64,000 bases of DNA from Phaeosaccion multiseriatum. Its lineage: Eukaryota > Protista > Ochrophyta, other classes. Under the pieces are notes generated by a model. That model was not told the origin of the DNA and did not search any database. It was given only the letters and a program-made list of their open reading frames with translations. Location of the stretch: NCBI GenBank assembly GCA_965112735.1, contig OZ218952.1, positions 3,844,001-3,908,000 on the forward strand, in the 5' to 3' direction. This document shows positions 37,791 to 50,575 of the stretch, one piece after another. Numbering within the stretch: the first letter of the stretch is position 1; every line of letters starts with the position of its first letter. The position numbers were made by a program, and so were the translations under genes.

Positions 37791-38059
37791 TTGCTGCCTC
37801 TCAGTCCTTCCACTCCTCCTCTTCCACCCTCCCCCCCCTTCTCTCCGTGGACGTTTCCAGCGGGGATGACGAGGAGACTCGCTGCTGGTGACATCCCTGC
37901 AAGTCTCTGCCTGCCTCGACTTCCAAGGCAGCACCTTGCCTCTCCTTCGGTAGTGGAGGAGGCTGAAACTCCTTTTCTGGATCCACGTGTATGTAGACAA
38001 GAGAGAGAGAGAGACGGATGCCGGGCCAGCACGCACGCACACATGGTAATAAGGTTCAT
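34715..38059 (-). CDS. Large acidic/basic low-complexity protein (probably nuclear); one long exon, termini uncertain
   Basis: 1114-aa open frame with poly-E/K tracts, NLS-like KRKRK, 11-aa repeats KRMAVDGGGKG, and a short globular-looking C-terminal part ending at an AG|GTGAG donor (~34717). Likely start MSPAAS at ~37894. Confidence 0.6.
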
Positions 38060-39043
38060 GCATCAAACCTTTCCAAACCCACCGCAGAGAAGGACATAGA
38101 CGAGTCATCGCGTAAAGACCATTTAAGGCAGCAACGAGCGGCGTACGCAACAGCAAACAAACGAGTCCACATACAAGGATGCCCCCCCCATTCCCTTTCC
38201 CTCCGAGTCAACAAGCAGTGAGCATGGTATAGTACGTGTGCACCTCCCCGTAACTTACCTCGCAAGCCGCCTCTCTTGATGACGGAGAGGAACGTGGGGG
38301 GTTCTTTCTTATCTCGTCCTCACCTTCCCCACCCCCATGCGGGGGAGTGAAGCTTTGTTCCAGTCAGCCCCCCTCTGTGCTACTTGAGGCGACACCAAGG
38401 GCTGATGCGTGTCTTCCCCTTCACCCCACGTCACTGAGAAAAGTAAAGCGAGGGTAGGCGCGCATAGGGGGGGGGGGATGGGGGGAAGAGTAAAGCCACG
38501 AGAAGGCAGACAAATCTTCCTCATCTGACTACGGCTATCTATTCTAACGACGGCTGAGGCACTTAGTAAGACTGTAAAGGGGGGGGGGGGCTGCGAGGGA
38601 GGGGGGGGAAGGAGAGATGGGTGTCCAGAGGGGGGGGGGGAAGGAAGAGGGGGTAGGAGAATGAGCCTTCCGTCTCAAGTACGCACCTAAAGACGTTATT
38701 CTTGCTTCTTCGGTGGCTGTGTCCCTCTCTCTCTGCCTCTCCTGCCTTTTTTGCTATTCTTTTTTTCTTTTTTTTTTTGCTCTCTCTCTGCTCTTGAAAT
38801 GTGTACACGTATCACCACCCCATATACGTGTATGTCATCTGTGAGTACGCTCACACTCCCTTCCTAGTATCGTATATATTACACCCTTAAGTGCCATCTA
38901 TGGTTGTCTAAAAGTAATGTCTCACCGCCCCGGGGAACTCCCTTCCTACACACACACACACACACACACACACACTTTCACACTTTCAGTTTCTTAGGTG
39001 ATTCCTATTAAGTCAATAAAGTTCCTTCTCCCTTCCGTCACAG

Positions 39044-39221
39044 CCACTAGATGCCACCAACATTACCAAGGCATCGAAGGAGGCACTCGCGGCAGCCAAG
39101 AAGGCTGAAGCAACCAAGCGCACCAGGTATGGTGTGCCACATGGAGGCATGGAGGGCCAGGGTGGAGACATCCACCGAATCCACGAGGTATCATCTCGTC
39201 CCTTTTGGGATGGAGCAGCAA
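39044..39221 (+). mobile_element. Second fragment of the same putative REL retroelement
   Basis: PLDATNITKASKEALAAAKKAEATKRTRYG, then (frameshifted) YHLVPFGMEQQ; fits the AAxxAExxKxxxY...FxPxxxExxG pattern of REL domains. Confidence 0.6.
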
Positions 39222-39325
39222 CCAATGCTCTTCCTCTTTTTTTCCGAGAGCCCCCCCCCCCCCGAAGCCCAACCAAGTTGGTGATACAATGCTCCGAAAC
39301 CCCTTTTTTACCCACTTTAAAGAAA

Positions 39326-39502
39326 CTTTAAAGCCCTATTTGACGCACGAAAAAAAAAAAATCACGTAAAAATAATCTAAGATAAAAGGGCGTCAAAGGG
39401 CGTCAAAGTGCGTCAAACAGGGCTTTAAAGGGGTTCAAACGTCGTCAAACGTCGTCAAAGTAATCGTCATTTGGCGTCAAAAAAAAATCACGGGGCGTCA
39501 AA
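39326..39502. repeat. AT-rich inverted repeat with clustered CGTCAAA motifs (possible transposon end)
   Basis: CTTTAAAGCCCT(A/G)TTTGACGCAC at 39326-39348 and inverted at 39408-39430; ~8 CGTCAAA/TTTGACG copies. Confidence 0.75.
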
Positions 39503-39585
39503 AGTGCCGCTCAACCGCGAAATCACAGTAAAAGTAACGTCTCGCCACCTCCCCCCCTCTTTACATTCCATTTTTTCCTCCCTTT

Positions 39586-39752
39586 TTATCTCTCCCTCTC
39601 TCCAGCTATTTCTCCATCTCCCTTGACTCCTCGCCTGTCGAAATGCCCTTGCTGAAGCTCTTGTTGCGGACTCTGTTCGCGTGAGGAAAGAAGCAAGGGG
39701 AGGGGGGCACTTGAAAAAGGCACGGATCGCAAAGGTGGGAAGAGGCAGCAAA

Positions 39753-39783
<31 letters not shown>

Positions 39784-40369
39784 CGGGGAGGGGAGGGGGG
39801 CGGGGCACAGAAAGAGACAGGAGAAGAGAAAGACAAGAGTAGACACGTGGAGAGGGAGACAGAGAGAGCGGAAGACGGATACCCAGAGAGGGGAAGAGAG
39901 ATGCAAGAGAAACATAGCGTCAGATGGAGAGAGAGAGACAGACGGACAGACAGCAAAAGACTCAGAGACGCCGAGATAGGCAAACACGCACACAGAGGGA
40001 GAGGGACGAAGGACGGCGCGCCGCTAAGGACAAGGGGATGGGAGACGTCAGAGATCAGACAAAACGCTCCTCCTTCCCTCCGAGGAGGGGAGGGGAGGGG
40101 AGAGCAGGCTTACCTTACCCCGCTGCCTCGATCGGTGCTGGGCTGCTGTATCACCACCTGCTGCTGCTCCTCCTCGCCACGAGTCCGGAAGGGCGGAGCG
40201 AGCCTTCTCGTCATGTCCTCCCTGCGTACCCGAGGGAGTCAGACGAGGACGGAGGGAAAAGGGGAGGGACGGAGGGGGGGACGGAGGGAGTGGGGGGGTT
40301 GTGACGTCGAGCGAAACAAAGCAGAGATGGCCCTGCCCGGCTCCCCGCCCCCCCCCCCCCACTCTCTCC

Positions 40370-40400
<31 letters not shown>

Positions 40401-41286
40401 CTCTGCCCCTCTGAAAGAAAGCATCGCACACCACACCTCGCACCGCAGCCGTCAGTCTGAGAAGGCTTGTGCTTTCCCAGCCCGCTCTCTCACGCTCCCT
40501 CTCACTCTCACTCTCCCTCTCCTTCTCACTCCCATTCTCCTGCCCCCCTCCCTCTCGTTATCACTCCCACTCTGCTCTCCCTCTCATTCCCACTCTGCTC
40601 TCCCTCTCCCTCTCCTCCCCCTCTCCCTATTCCGCTCCCTCTCACTCTCTGCTCCCTCTCACTCTCTCTCACCCTCTCTCTCACTCCCTCTCTCTCCCAC
40701 TCTCCCGCTCTCTCTCCCTCTCACTCACGCTGTCAAAGCATCCAGTAAAGACAGTGATCCGGACGATAGACCCCTCTCCAACGAGCGCCGGGCATCCTCT
40801 GCTCCTCCGTGCTGACCTTCCTTATCCTCCTCGTCCTCGTCCTCCTCCTCCCCCCCCTGCCGCTCCCCTCTCCCCTCCCCCTCCCCCTCCCCCTCCTCCG
40901 GCTGCTGCTGTACCACCAACTGCTGCGGCGGTGGCGGTGGTGGCGGGTCTCTGCTGCGTCTCCTCCTCTCTCTCCGTGGAACCACTTGGAAGCGAGCAGG
41001 GAAGGTGCTAGCGCCTCCCCCTTTCCCCGCCCCTGCTCCGTCCTGCTGCTGAATCACCAACTGCTGATCCTGCGGCGGTTTCCCCTGCTGCCCCTGCCCC
41101 CGGGCGGGGATGGCTGTGCTCACCCCCGTCAGCCCTATAATGCCACTCCCCGCCAGGCTCACCCCGACGCGAGTAGAGGGAGCAGGGCGGTATGAAGTGC
41201 TCGAATCTGAAACCTGACTTGGTGAAGGCACCAGTCGAAGGCCGAGCCCACGCCCCTCGTCGTACGCTGACGAAGGAGTCGGTGAT

Positions 41287-41325
<39 letters not shown>

Positions 41326-41686
41326 GTGGCGGGGGAGAAGGACGAGGCATTGCCCTTCCTGGGAGGGGTCCAAGCGCCCGGGTGAGACATTCTCATAGGA
41401 GAGGTGCTGCTCGCTCCTCCTCCTCTCCGTCCTCTTCCCGATCGGGCAAGGCTGTTGCTGCTGTCGCTTCCGCTGCTCCTCCTTCTCCTTGGGGTGCTGG
41501 GCGATCGGATACCCACTGACACCGGCATGCCCTCAAAGCTACCCAAACTGCTTCCCAGGCTGCTGTTGCTTCCCAGGCTGCCTCTCCCTGAGGTTGGCCA
41601 TCCCGGAGGAGGCGAAGTGATGATCGCACCCGGAGCACTGCCATATCCGTACCCGCCCCGTCCTCCTCCTCCTCCTCCTCCTCCTC

Positions 41687-41717
<31 letters not shown>

Positions 41718-43889
41718 ACCACCACCACCTCCACCTCCCCCGCTTCCTCCTGCCGCAGTACTCCCATTGCCGCTGCTCGTGAACCTCCTGAACTCTGCCT
41801 TCTGGCTGGCGAGCTCTCTCTCCACTCGAACGAGACGTTGTCGGTTCTGCGCTGATCTCCTCGCGAGCTCTTCCAGCACAAAGGCGCCTCCCTCTCCCTC
41901 CCCGTGGCCGTGGTCACCCCACACACCGGCCAACAAGCCCGGCTCCAGCCACTGCCGTCGCCAAGTCTCCGCCGCCTCGACCGCTCCCGTCACTGCTCGC
42001 CCTCCGCCCCTCCCTCCTCCTTCTCCTCCTCCCTCTGTTCGTGCTGCTGCTGCTGCTGCTGCTCTTGCTCGACGACCAGCACCACCGCCTCCCGCCCCAT
42101 AAGCCTCTAAGGCTGTATCACCAACTGCTGCTGCTGCTGCTATGGCGGCTGCCTCCCCGTCTTCGAAGCAACTACCACCACCGCCGCAGCCGTCAAGGTC
42201 GTATCCATTCTCGCTGGTGGCGCCCCTTCGCCTCGCCAGTTGCTCCTTCTCCTCCTCTCGTGCCAGTTTTAACTCCTCAAGCCTTCTCCGCCTATCCCTC
42301 CTCTCCTCCCCCAGCACCCTCAAGCATTGCACGGGGAAGGCAATGCCCGTCCCCGTGAGGAAGACAGCGGCGTCTCTCTCCGACTCAAAGCACCCGTAAC
42401 CTTCCTCCTCCTCCTCCTCCTCCACCTCCACCTCCTTCTCCTCCTCCTCCTCCCCTGGGGTACCGCTCGCACTGAGGCGCATCGTCGTCGTCTTCACCGC
42501 CCCTGCCGCTACCCCTGGTGCCCCTCCTGACCAAGAGCTGGAGGAGGAGGAAGTCTCCATTCCCATGGGCGGGGGGGGAGGGATCAAGCTCCACACGTCC
42601 ACATCTTGTCCCCTTGCGGCCGTCGCTGCCTCTCGGAGCTTTGCAAACAGACTCCCCCGCCCCTCTTGTCCTTCTCCTTCTTCCCCTCTTTCTCCCCACG
42701 CTCCCAGTCTCACAGCGTCGCTGCTCAGCTGCTGCTGCTGCTGCTGCTTCTGCTCCTGTATTATCAACTGCGGCTGTTGCTGCTGTTGCTGCTTCCCCCC
42801 GATCTCGTCCGAGAGAGCCTTGTCGAGGAAGCCGATAACATCCTCGAGTGTGATGAAACCGTCCTCGTCCTTGTCAAGCTCCAGCGCCCCCAACGCCTGC
42901 AAATGATAAGAAGGTTACATGATGGCACGTGTGTGGCATCACCAGAGGCAGGAGCAGGCAGGGGGTAGGGGGTAGCCTTCCATAAGTGAATGAAGTCAAC
43001 TCACCTCCACACCTTCAGGTTCTTCCCTCCCTCCTCTTCTCCATCCCTCCTTCCTTCCTTCCTTCCTTCCTTCCTTCCTTCCTTCCTTCCTTCCTTCCTT
43101 CCTTCTCTCCTTTCCTCCTCCCCTCCTTCCCTCCTTCCTTCCTTCCTTCCTTCCTTCCTTCCTTCCTTCCTTCTCTTTTCTCTTCCTTCTCCTCACCTGG
43201 CACTGCTCCAACCGGAAGGCAGTCCACGTCATGCCCAATGTGCGCAGCTTCCTCGCGAAAGTTCCCACCGACACGCGGCTGCCTGGACCTTTCAAGCCCA
43301 GGCTCAGGCAAGCACGGCCAATGTGACTCTCCAGCTAATGATGAATGGTACACGCATTGTGTTCGACAAGAGGCATCAATAAGACGTTAGTTGCGGACAG
43401 GGGGGAATAGAAGGTGAGAAAACAAAGAAGAGTGTGATTGTGGACACGTTGCCAGCAAGGTGTCAGAGAGTGATAGAGTCGTCAGAGGCCAGGAGAGAGG
43501 ATAGGAAAGCAAGGAATTGCTTTTGCAAAGGAGATACACCACACACCAACCCCTCTCCCGGACTTGATGCTACTCACCAAGTGAGGGTGTTTGCAGCGCT
43601 GCACAACCTTTGAGAGAATCCCTAGGAGCGCCTTCCTGACATCGGCGTACGGAGGGGTTAGCATTCCCCTCAGCTGGGCGAGGGGAAGCACCCACAGCTC
43701 CTCCAGCTCGGCGCTGGTCAACCTCGTAGGTGGTTGCTCATCACCGTTGGAATTTCCGTCCTGGGACCCTTCGTTCGGGTGCGAGTCGCGTCGTCGAGCG
43801 GCACGCGGAGGAACGGAGATGCTACGGTTTACCATTTTTCTCTGTTCTGTGCCCAAGGGAAGAGTTTGAGCAAGAAAATTAGGGGACAT
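39586..43889 (-). CDS. EF-hand-containing, largely disordered/coiled-coil protein; 5' end uncertain
   Basis: Exons ~43578-43889+, 43197-43334, 40729-42896, 40120-40221, 39586-39672. EF loop DKDEDGFITLED; coiled-coil EELARRSAQNRQRLVRVERELASQKAEF. Confidence 0.6.
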
Positions 43890-44926
43890 CCTCTCGCCAG
43901 AAAGGCGTTATAAACCCATGAGTGGATGCACCATGCGGTCAGCAGCTATATGGTGCAGCAGCAGGCCTACGTTTACAGTACGTTCACGGTTTGGAAGTTC
44001 CTGTCTTGGTCATCCGTGCCATCTGTGACAGACCCCCATTTGAAATTTCGGGTCATGATTTGTGGCTCTCGAGGTTGGGCACAAAAGGCACAGGACAGCA
44101 GCGTGTGCCTGATTACAAGGAGGAAACAAAGACCCTTGAATCCAGCCTTCTCGGGGGTCGAAGCAGGGTTCCATTGACAATGTCGTCTTCGTCTGTGAGC
44201 GCCATCCCCCTCATCAACATCAAAGATGGTGAGTTGAGTGAGATCGAGGAGTGGACACTTTCACACCTGTATCAGACACAGCGTAGGAATGAAAGAGTGC
44301 GAGTCATAGTATTGTGGAGGCTAGGGAGGGGAGAAGAGAAGGGTGAAGTCGGGACTAAGAAGAGGAAGAGGCGGCTTCATGGGATTCCGGATCTTTCTTC
44401 TCGTGTCGCGATCTTGAGAGTTTGAGAAGGTCGCCTGTGTGAAAGCGCAGCAGCTCTCTCATGAGCTCCTTCGTAGTTTCGTTCGGCTTCCTAGCTCATA
44501 CCGTGGCTGTGGGGAGGAGCTCTGGAAGCAGCGCAAGTATGGCGAATCGCCCCCATTCGCTTGGCGGCTTTGTTCACCCTGGCTGACTGCAGAGCAACCC
44601 CGCCCCCGCGACCCTCTTGACCCACTCGCGGAAGCACCTCCCTTGTACCATCTTACCCGCATCTGGGAGTGGCCTGCTGGCTTGCTGGTGATAGGGAGGG
44701 GCATTGTCAAATTTGGCTCTCTCCGTAACGAGCTTCGCTCGCCCTCTGACCCTCGCGTGGACCTCCCCTGCCGCTCGCCACACCCCCTTCCCTTCCTATG
44801 CCCCCTGGTTCTATCTCTTTTCCCCATCCACCTTTCACCCTCCACCCTTATCATCCACCCATCATATCCCATTCATACATGTGTGTGCGTGTGTGTGTGT
44901 GTGTGTGTGTTTATGCAGAGGTGGGC

Positions 44927-45630
44927 ATGGCCAAACCCGATGGATTGGGTTTCGAGCAGGGCCAGCTCACCCTCAAGAACGGCACAGTCGTCAACGGGTA
45001 CTCTTTCGGAGCAGACAAGAGCATGAGCGGAGAGGTCGTCTTCAACACGGGTATGTATGCCAAATGCTTGGATGTGGTCTGGACGGGCGGGGGTGGTGCG
45101 GTGGGGGTGGTGATGGTGGTGGTGGTGGTGGTGGTGGTGCCGTGAGGGAGGGAGGGGCAGGAAGTGGCCGAGACATAGCCCAAACCAGAGCATAATGCCT
45201 GAGCAAGGGCGCCGCCCAAACTGCGGTCCTTTTAACCCAATGCATGTGCCCATCTACCCAGCTACCCACCCGCCCACACACGCACACTCACGCACACACA
45301 CACTCACACGCATACACACACTCACACGCACACACACAGGAATGGTTGGGTACCCCGAGGCGCTGACGGACCCCTCCTACCGAGGCCAGATCCTCGTGCT
45401 GACCTTCCCTCTGGTGGGAAACTACGGAGTGCCCCCCGAGAAGGAGCTTGACGAGCTCGGCCTGCCCGCTTATTTCGAGTCCTTCGAGATTCACATCGCC
45501 GGCCTCATTGTCAGCCAGGTGGGTGGGTAGAAGTCAGTGGGTGGGTGGGTGGGTGGGTGGGTGTGCCCAGGGGAGGGAGGCGGAAGGATGATGAGCCGGC
45601 TCCGAACTAAGTACTGAATGATGATGGCAC

Positions 45631-45680
<50 letters not shown>

Positions 45681-48600
45681 GCGACGATGGTTGAGTAATC
45701 CGTCTGGTCTGGACTCACTCTCTTTCCCTCTCTCTCTCTCTCTCTCACAGTACTCGCACGAGTACAGCCACTGGAACGCTGCCGAGTCCCTGGGGGCGTG
45801 GCTGAAGCGCTACAACGTGCCCGCCCTCTTCGGTGTGGACACTCGTATGCTCACGAAACAGCTGCGCAACCACGGCTCGCTGCTGGGCAAGCTCGAGATC
45901 GGAGGGCAGGTGCGGTAGGGTATGGCCGGGTTAGGGTACGGAAGGAAGGAAGGAAGGAAGGAAGCTTCAGGGGACGAAGGACGGGAGGGAGGAAGGAGGA
46001 GAACCGACAACCATCGTAGAACAGTCGTAGGATGGTAGAGCGAGAGTAGGATGACCATGTACTGTGGTGTGCTGGTGTGCTGGCGTTGGATGGGAAGGAA
46101 GGAGTAGGAAGGATAGAGGGAAGCAAGGGGCGAGGAGGAGAAGGAGGAGGTTGTGGTCGGGACTCGACTCTGTTCAGTCGGCTCGTCGGCAGCGTCGGCG
46201 TCATTGAAGGCTGCACCTGCTTTGGTTGGTCGGCCGTTCCCTTCCTTGCTCACCGTAGGTCTACACCTCCCCTCTCTCTCCCCCTCGCCTCCCCGGCCCT
46301 GCCGCCCAATGTTGACCTTCTTGTAACCCAACTTGAACTGCCGACCCAACATGGGACAAATTGGGACCCCAATCTTACAGAAAGTGGAGTTCGAGAACCC
46401 CAACACACGCAACCTCGTGTCGGAGGTGTCCACCAAGGAGGTGAAGGTATACGGCAAGGGAAACTCCATCAAGATCCTCGCCTTTGACTGCGGAATGAAG
46501 TACAACATCATCCGGCACTTCGTTATTGAACAGAAGGTACGTACAAACTGACGTTACATGTAACTGTCACCGTTTCGCTCCTTTGTAACGTATATGTGCC
46601 AGAAGGACGTGTACTTGCAAGCAAGCGAGGCGAGTGGTGCGATTGAGTCATGATTTAAGAGTATTACTTTTATGCAAGCTTGGTACTTCCAAACTACATG
46701 GCATTCCCCGTAACCCCTTCCTCCTCCTCCTCCTCCTCCTCCTTTTCCTCCTCCTGCATCACCAACTGCTGCACTTCAGGTGGAGATGATAGTGGTGCCG
46801 TACGACTACGACCTGGAAACCAACCCCTCCAAGCTGTACTACGACGGAGTCTTCATCTCTAACGGACCCGGCGACCCCACCATGGCACAGGCCACCATCA
46901 AGTCTCTCAAGTGGCTCATGAATATCGACCAGGTGGGTGGAGCGATTGGTGGTACGAAGGGAGGGGAGGAAGGAAGGAAGGAAGGAAGGAAGGGAGTGAG
47001 TGAGGGAGAGAGGGAGAGAGGGGGCGTATGATCACACAAGGGAATGCCCTTGCTGCTCTGCTTCGTTTCGTCGCTTCCCTGGCCTGTGTCCTGACACCAG
47101 ACAGCCCCCCCCCCCCCTCCCGCTGTATTAAAGGTGGTGCCCATCTTCGGTATCTGCCTGGGTAACCAGCTGCTCGCCCTCGCCGCCGGAGCCAAGACGT
47201 ACAAGATGAAGTTCGGTAACAGAGGGGCCAATCAGCCCGCCATTGACATGCGCACCTCTTCTTGTTACATCACCCCGCAGGTTAGTAAGTCAGTGACGGA
47301 GTGAGGTAGTGAGTGAGCGAGTAGGTCAGTTAGTGAATGAACTGAGTGAGAGAGTGGGCAAAGCCCCCCGCTCTTGGCTCCCAGCTGCTCCTCTCCCCTT
47401 CTTTCTCCAATCTTGCCTCTTCGTCCCTCTCCCTCCCTCCCTCCCTGCTTCTCTCCCTACTCCGCCTCCCTCCTTTCCTCCCTGTGCAGAACCACGGCTT
47501 TGCTGTGGACAGCACGAGTCTCCCCGAGGGGTGGAAGACGTTCTTTGTCAATGCCAACGACTACTCCAACGAGGGTGAGCAAAAGCGGAAAGACACGGCA
47601 GGGCATGGCAGAGGAGGAGGGAAAGACAGGGCATGGCAGAGGAGGAGGGAAAGACAGGGCATGGCAGAGGAGGAGGGAAAGACAGGGCATGGCAGAGGAG
47701 GAGGGAAAGACAGGGCATGGCAGAGGAGGAGGGAAAGACAGGGTATGGCAGAGGAGGAGAAGGAGGAAAGGGGACAGAGCAGAGGAAGAGGAGACAGGGC
47801 AGTGCAGGGTAGGGCAGGGTGGGACAGGGGTGGAGCAGCAGAGAGGGGAAGGCAGAGGAGGAGGAGACGGGAAACGGCAAGACAGGGCAGAAGAGGGCAA
47901 GCAGAGGAGGAGGAGGAGGAGGAGGAGGAGACAGGCGAGGGCTTGGCAGGAGTGGGTAGCAGGAGGGTGTGATACAGCGGTAATGAAGGGGGGTTGCGAG
48001 GGGGGGGGGGGGGCGCAGCATGAGAGAGCGAAGTGACAGTACAGACTCCAACCACTTCTCACTCTCCTCGACTTGAAACTTACCACAACTAGTACCAACC
48101 AACCAAACCAATTCAACCCAACCCAACCCAAACCAACCCAAACAACCCAACCAACCCAACAGGAGTGATTCACGTGACCAAGCCATGGTCAAGCGTGCAG
48201 TTCCACCCTGAGGCAGCGGGAGGCCCTATGGATACAGCCTTCCTCTTTGAGTCGTTTGTGTCGAGCGTCAAGGGAGAGTCGCCCAAGCTGTCTCTGCTTG
48301 AGCCCCACATCTTTGAGCAAGAGACAGCAAAGAAGATCCTGCTGCTCGGCTCGGGAGGACTCAGCATTGGACAGGTGGGTAGTAAGTCAATGGGTGGGTG
48401 CGTGGGTGGATGCGTTGGTGGGTGGGGAAGAGGAGCTGGAGTTGCGAGTTGGAGTTTCGGTGCTCTAGACCTGCTGTCGGTCAATGTTTCCCTCAAGCCC
48501 CAGGGTAGCTTAAATTCACACCACCACCACGACACCACCTCAACAACAACATCACCACCACTTCGTACCCCCTACTCACACACCGTGACATGCATCTCCT

Positions 48601-50544
48601 CTCCCCTACTCATCACCTCCCCACATCACACACACACCACACACCACACTTCCCACAGGCCGGAGAGTTTGATTACTCCGGCTCGCAGGCCATCAAGGCG
48701 CTGAAGGAAGAGGGCATGGAGGTGGTGCTCATCAACCCGAACATCGCCACTGTGCAGACCTCTAAGCACCTCGGGGGGGCGTCTCCAGACAGGACCTACT
48801 TCCTGCCCGTCAAGGCTGATGTGGTGGAGCAGCTCATCATCAAGGAGAAGCCCGACGGCATTGTGGTGTCCATGGGCGGGCAGACGGCATTGAATGTCGG
48901 GGTGGAGCTCTTCAACAGCGGCATCTTGAAGAAGTACAATGTTAAGGTATGGGAGCGGGGAGGGAGGGGTAGGAAGGGGGGGGGGGGAAGGGAGGGGAGG
49001 GAGGGAAGAACCAAGCAGTGTTGCAAATTCCCCCGTGTGTACGTTCGTTATTGACTTACTGCGTGTGCGTGTGGGCATAGACAATCCTGGAATAGGCATG
49101 ACCGCTCATAGACAACAGTTCACTGCCCACTGTGTAGAGTGGCACTCCTGTCGCTTGACTCACTGACTTAGTTATTGACTTACTGACTGACCGAATCACT
49201 CACTGACTTACTGACTGCCTCACTGCATCACTGCCTCACTGACTTACTGCTTACCCTCTGCAGGTGATGGGCACCCCTATCCCTGCCATTGTGGCCACTG
49301 AGGATAGAGAGATCTTCGCTGCGAAGCTCGCAGAGATCAACGAGAAGATCGCCAGGAGGTGAGCAGGGGCGTCCTCTCCTCTGTCTGCCTTGGTACTACT
49401 CTCGCCTTATCAATCGCTGACTCTAGTCATTTTCTTGTCACTCCATCCTCCTCTTATGACTCCACCCCCCTCCTCCCCCCTTGCACCCACACTTACTTAG
49501 TATCTGCGCCGAGAACGTTGAAGACGGGCTTGAGGCTGCGAAGGAGATCGGCTTCCCCGTGCTCATCCGCGCCGCTTTCGCTCTCGGCGGACTAGGCTCG
49601 GGCTTCGCGCACGACGAGGAGGAGTTCAGGCAGCAGGCGTCGAAGGCCTTCGCCTACAGCAAGCAGATCATCATTGATCAGGTGGGGGGAAGTGTCAGGA
49701 CGCAGTGGCAGTGGCAGTGGGGGGGGGTGTGGGGGTGTGGGGGTAATGGTGAAGTCTGAAGGCAGGGCACGCGACTGGGAGAGCAAACACGCCACACACA
49801 CACATGCACGCACACGCATACGCGCGCACGCACTCTCTCTCACACTCACTCACACACACACACACGCACACACACACACACATATATACCCATACACACA
49901 TACATACCCACTTGCGTGTCGTGATGTTTCAGGACCTCCGCGGGTGGAAGGAGGTGGAGTACGAGGTGGTGCGGGACAATCGCGACAACTGCATCACGGT
50001 TTGCAACATGGAGAACTTCGACCCGCTGGTGAGTTACAGGGAGGGAGGATGGCAGTCGATGGGGGGCATTTTAGAGGCGTATGGGGAGGGAAGGGAGGAA
50101 TGGAGGGAGGGAGGGAGGGAGGGGGGTGGCACGGTGGTTATTCTTTTTGTCTCAGTATTTCTGTCTAGGTTTGCTGTGTGGCCCCTTAACGCGGGTTGAT
50201 GAACAAACTTTTAAATTTCACGAGTCTGAATGCATTAATGATGCATCAAAACCTCTGACGAACTGACCGCTAGTGGGACACACACGCACACACACAAAAG
50301 AACAGCAGTAGAGCATGAACTGATTGATTGGGTGATTGATTGATTGATTGATTGATTGACCACGCATGGGTCAAGGCAGAAGCAGAAGCAGTAGTGGTAG
50401 CAGTAGCGTCTCGTCCCCCGCCACAAACACCCCCATCCGCCTTTACTGTACTGCTGTGTGTGAGCTTATATAATATCCAAAACCTAATACCCCGCTCCAA
50501 CCCCACCCCCACCCACCACCCCCGCCGCTTCAACACCACTCTAA

Positions 50545-50575
<31 letters not shown>

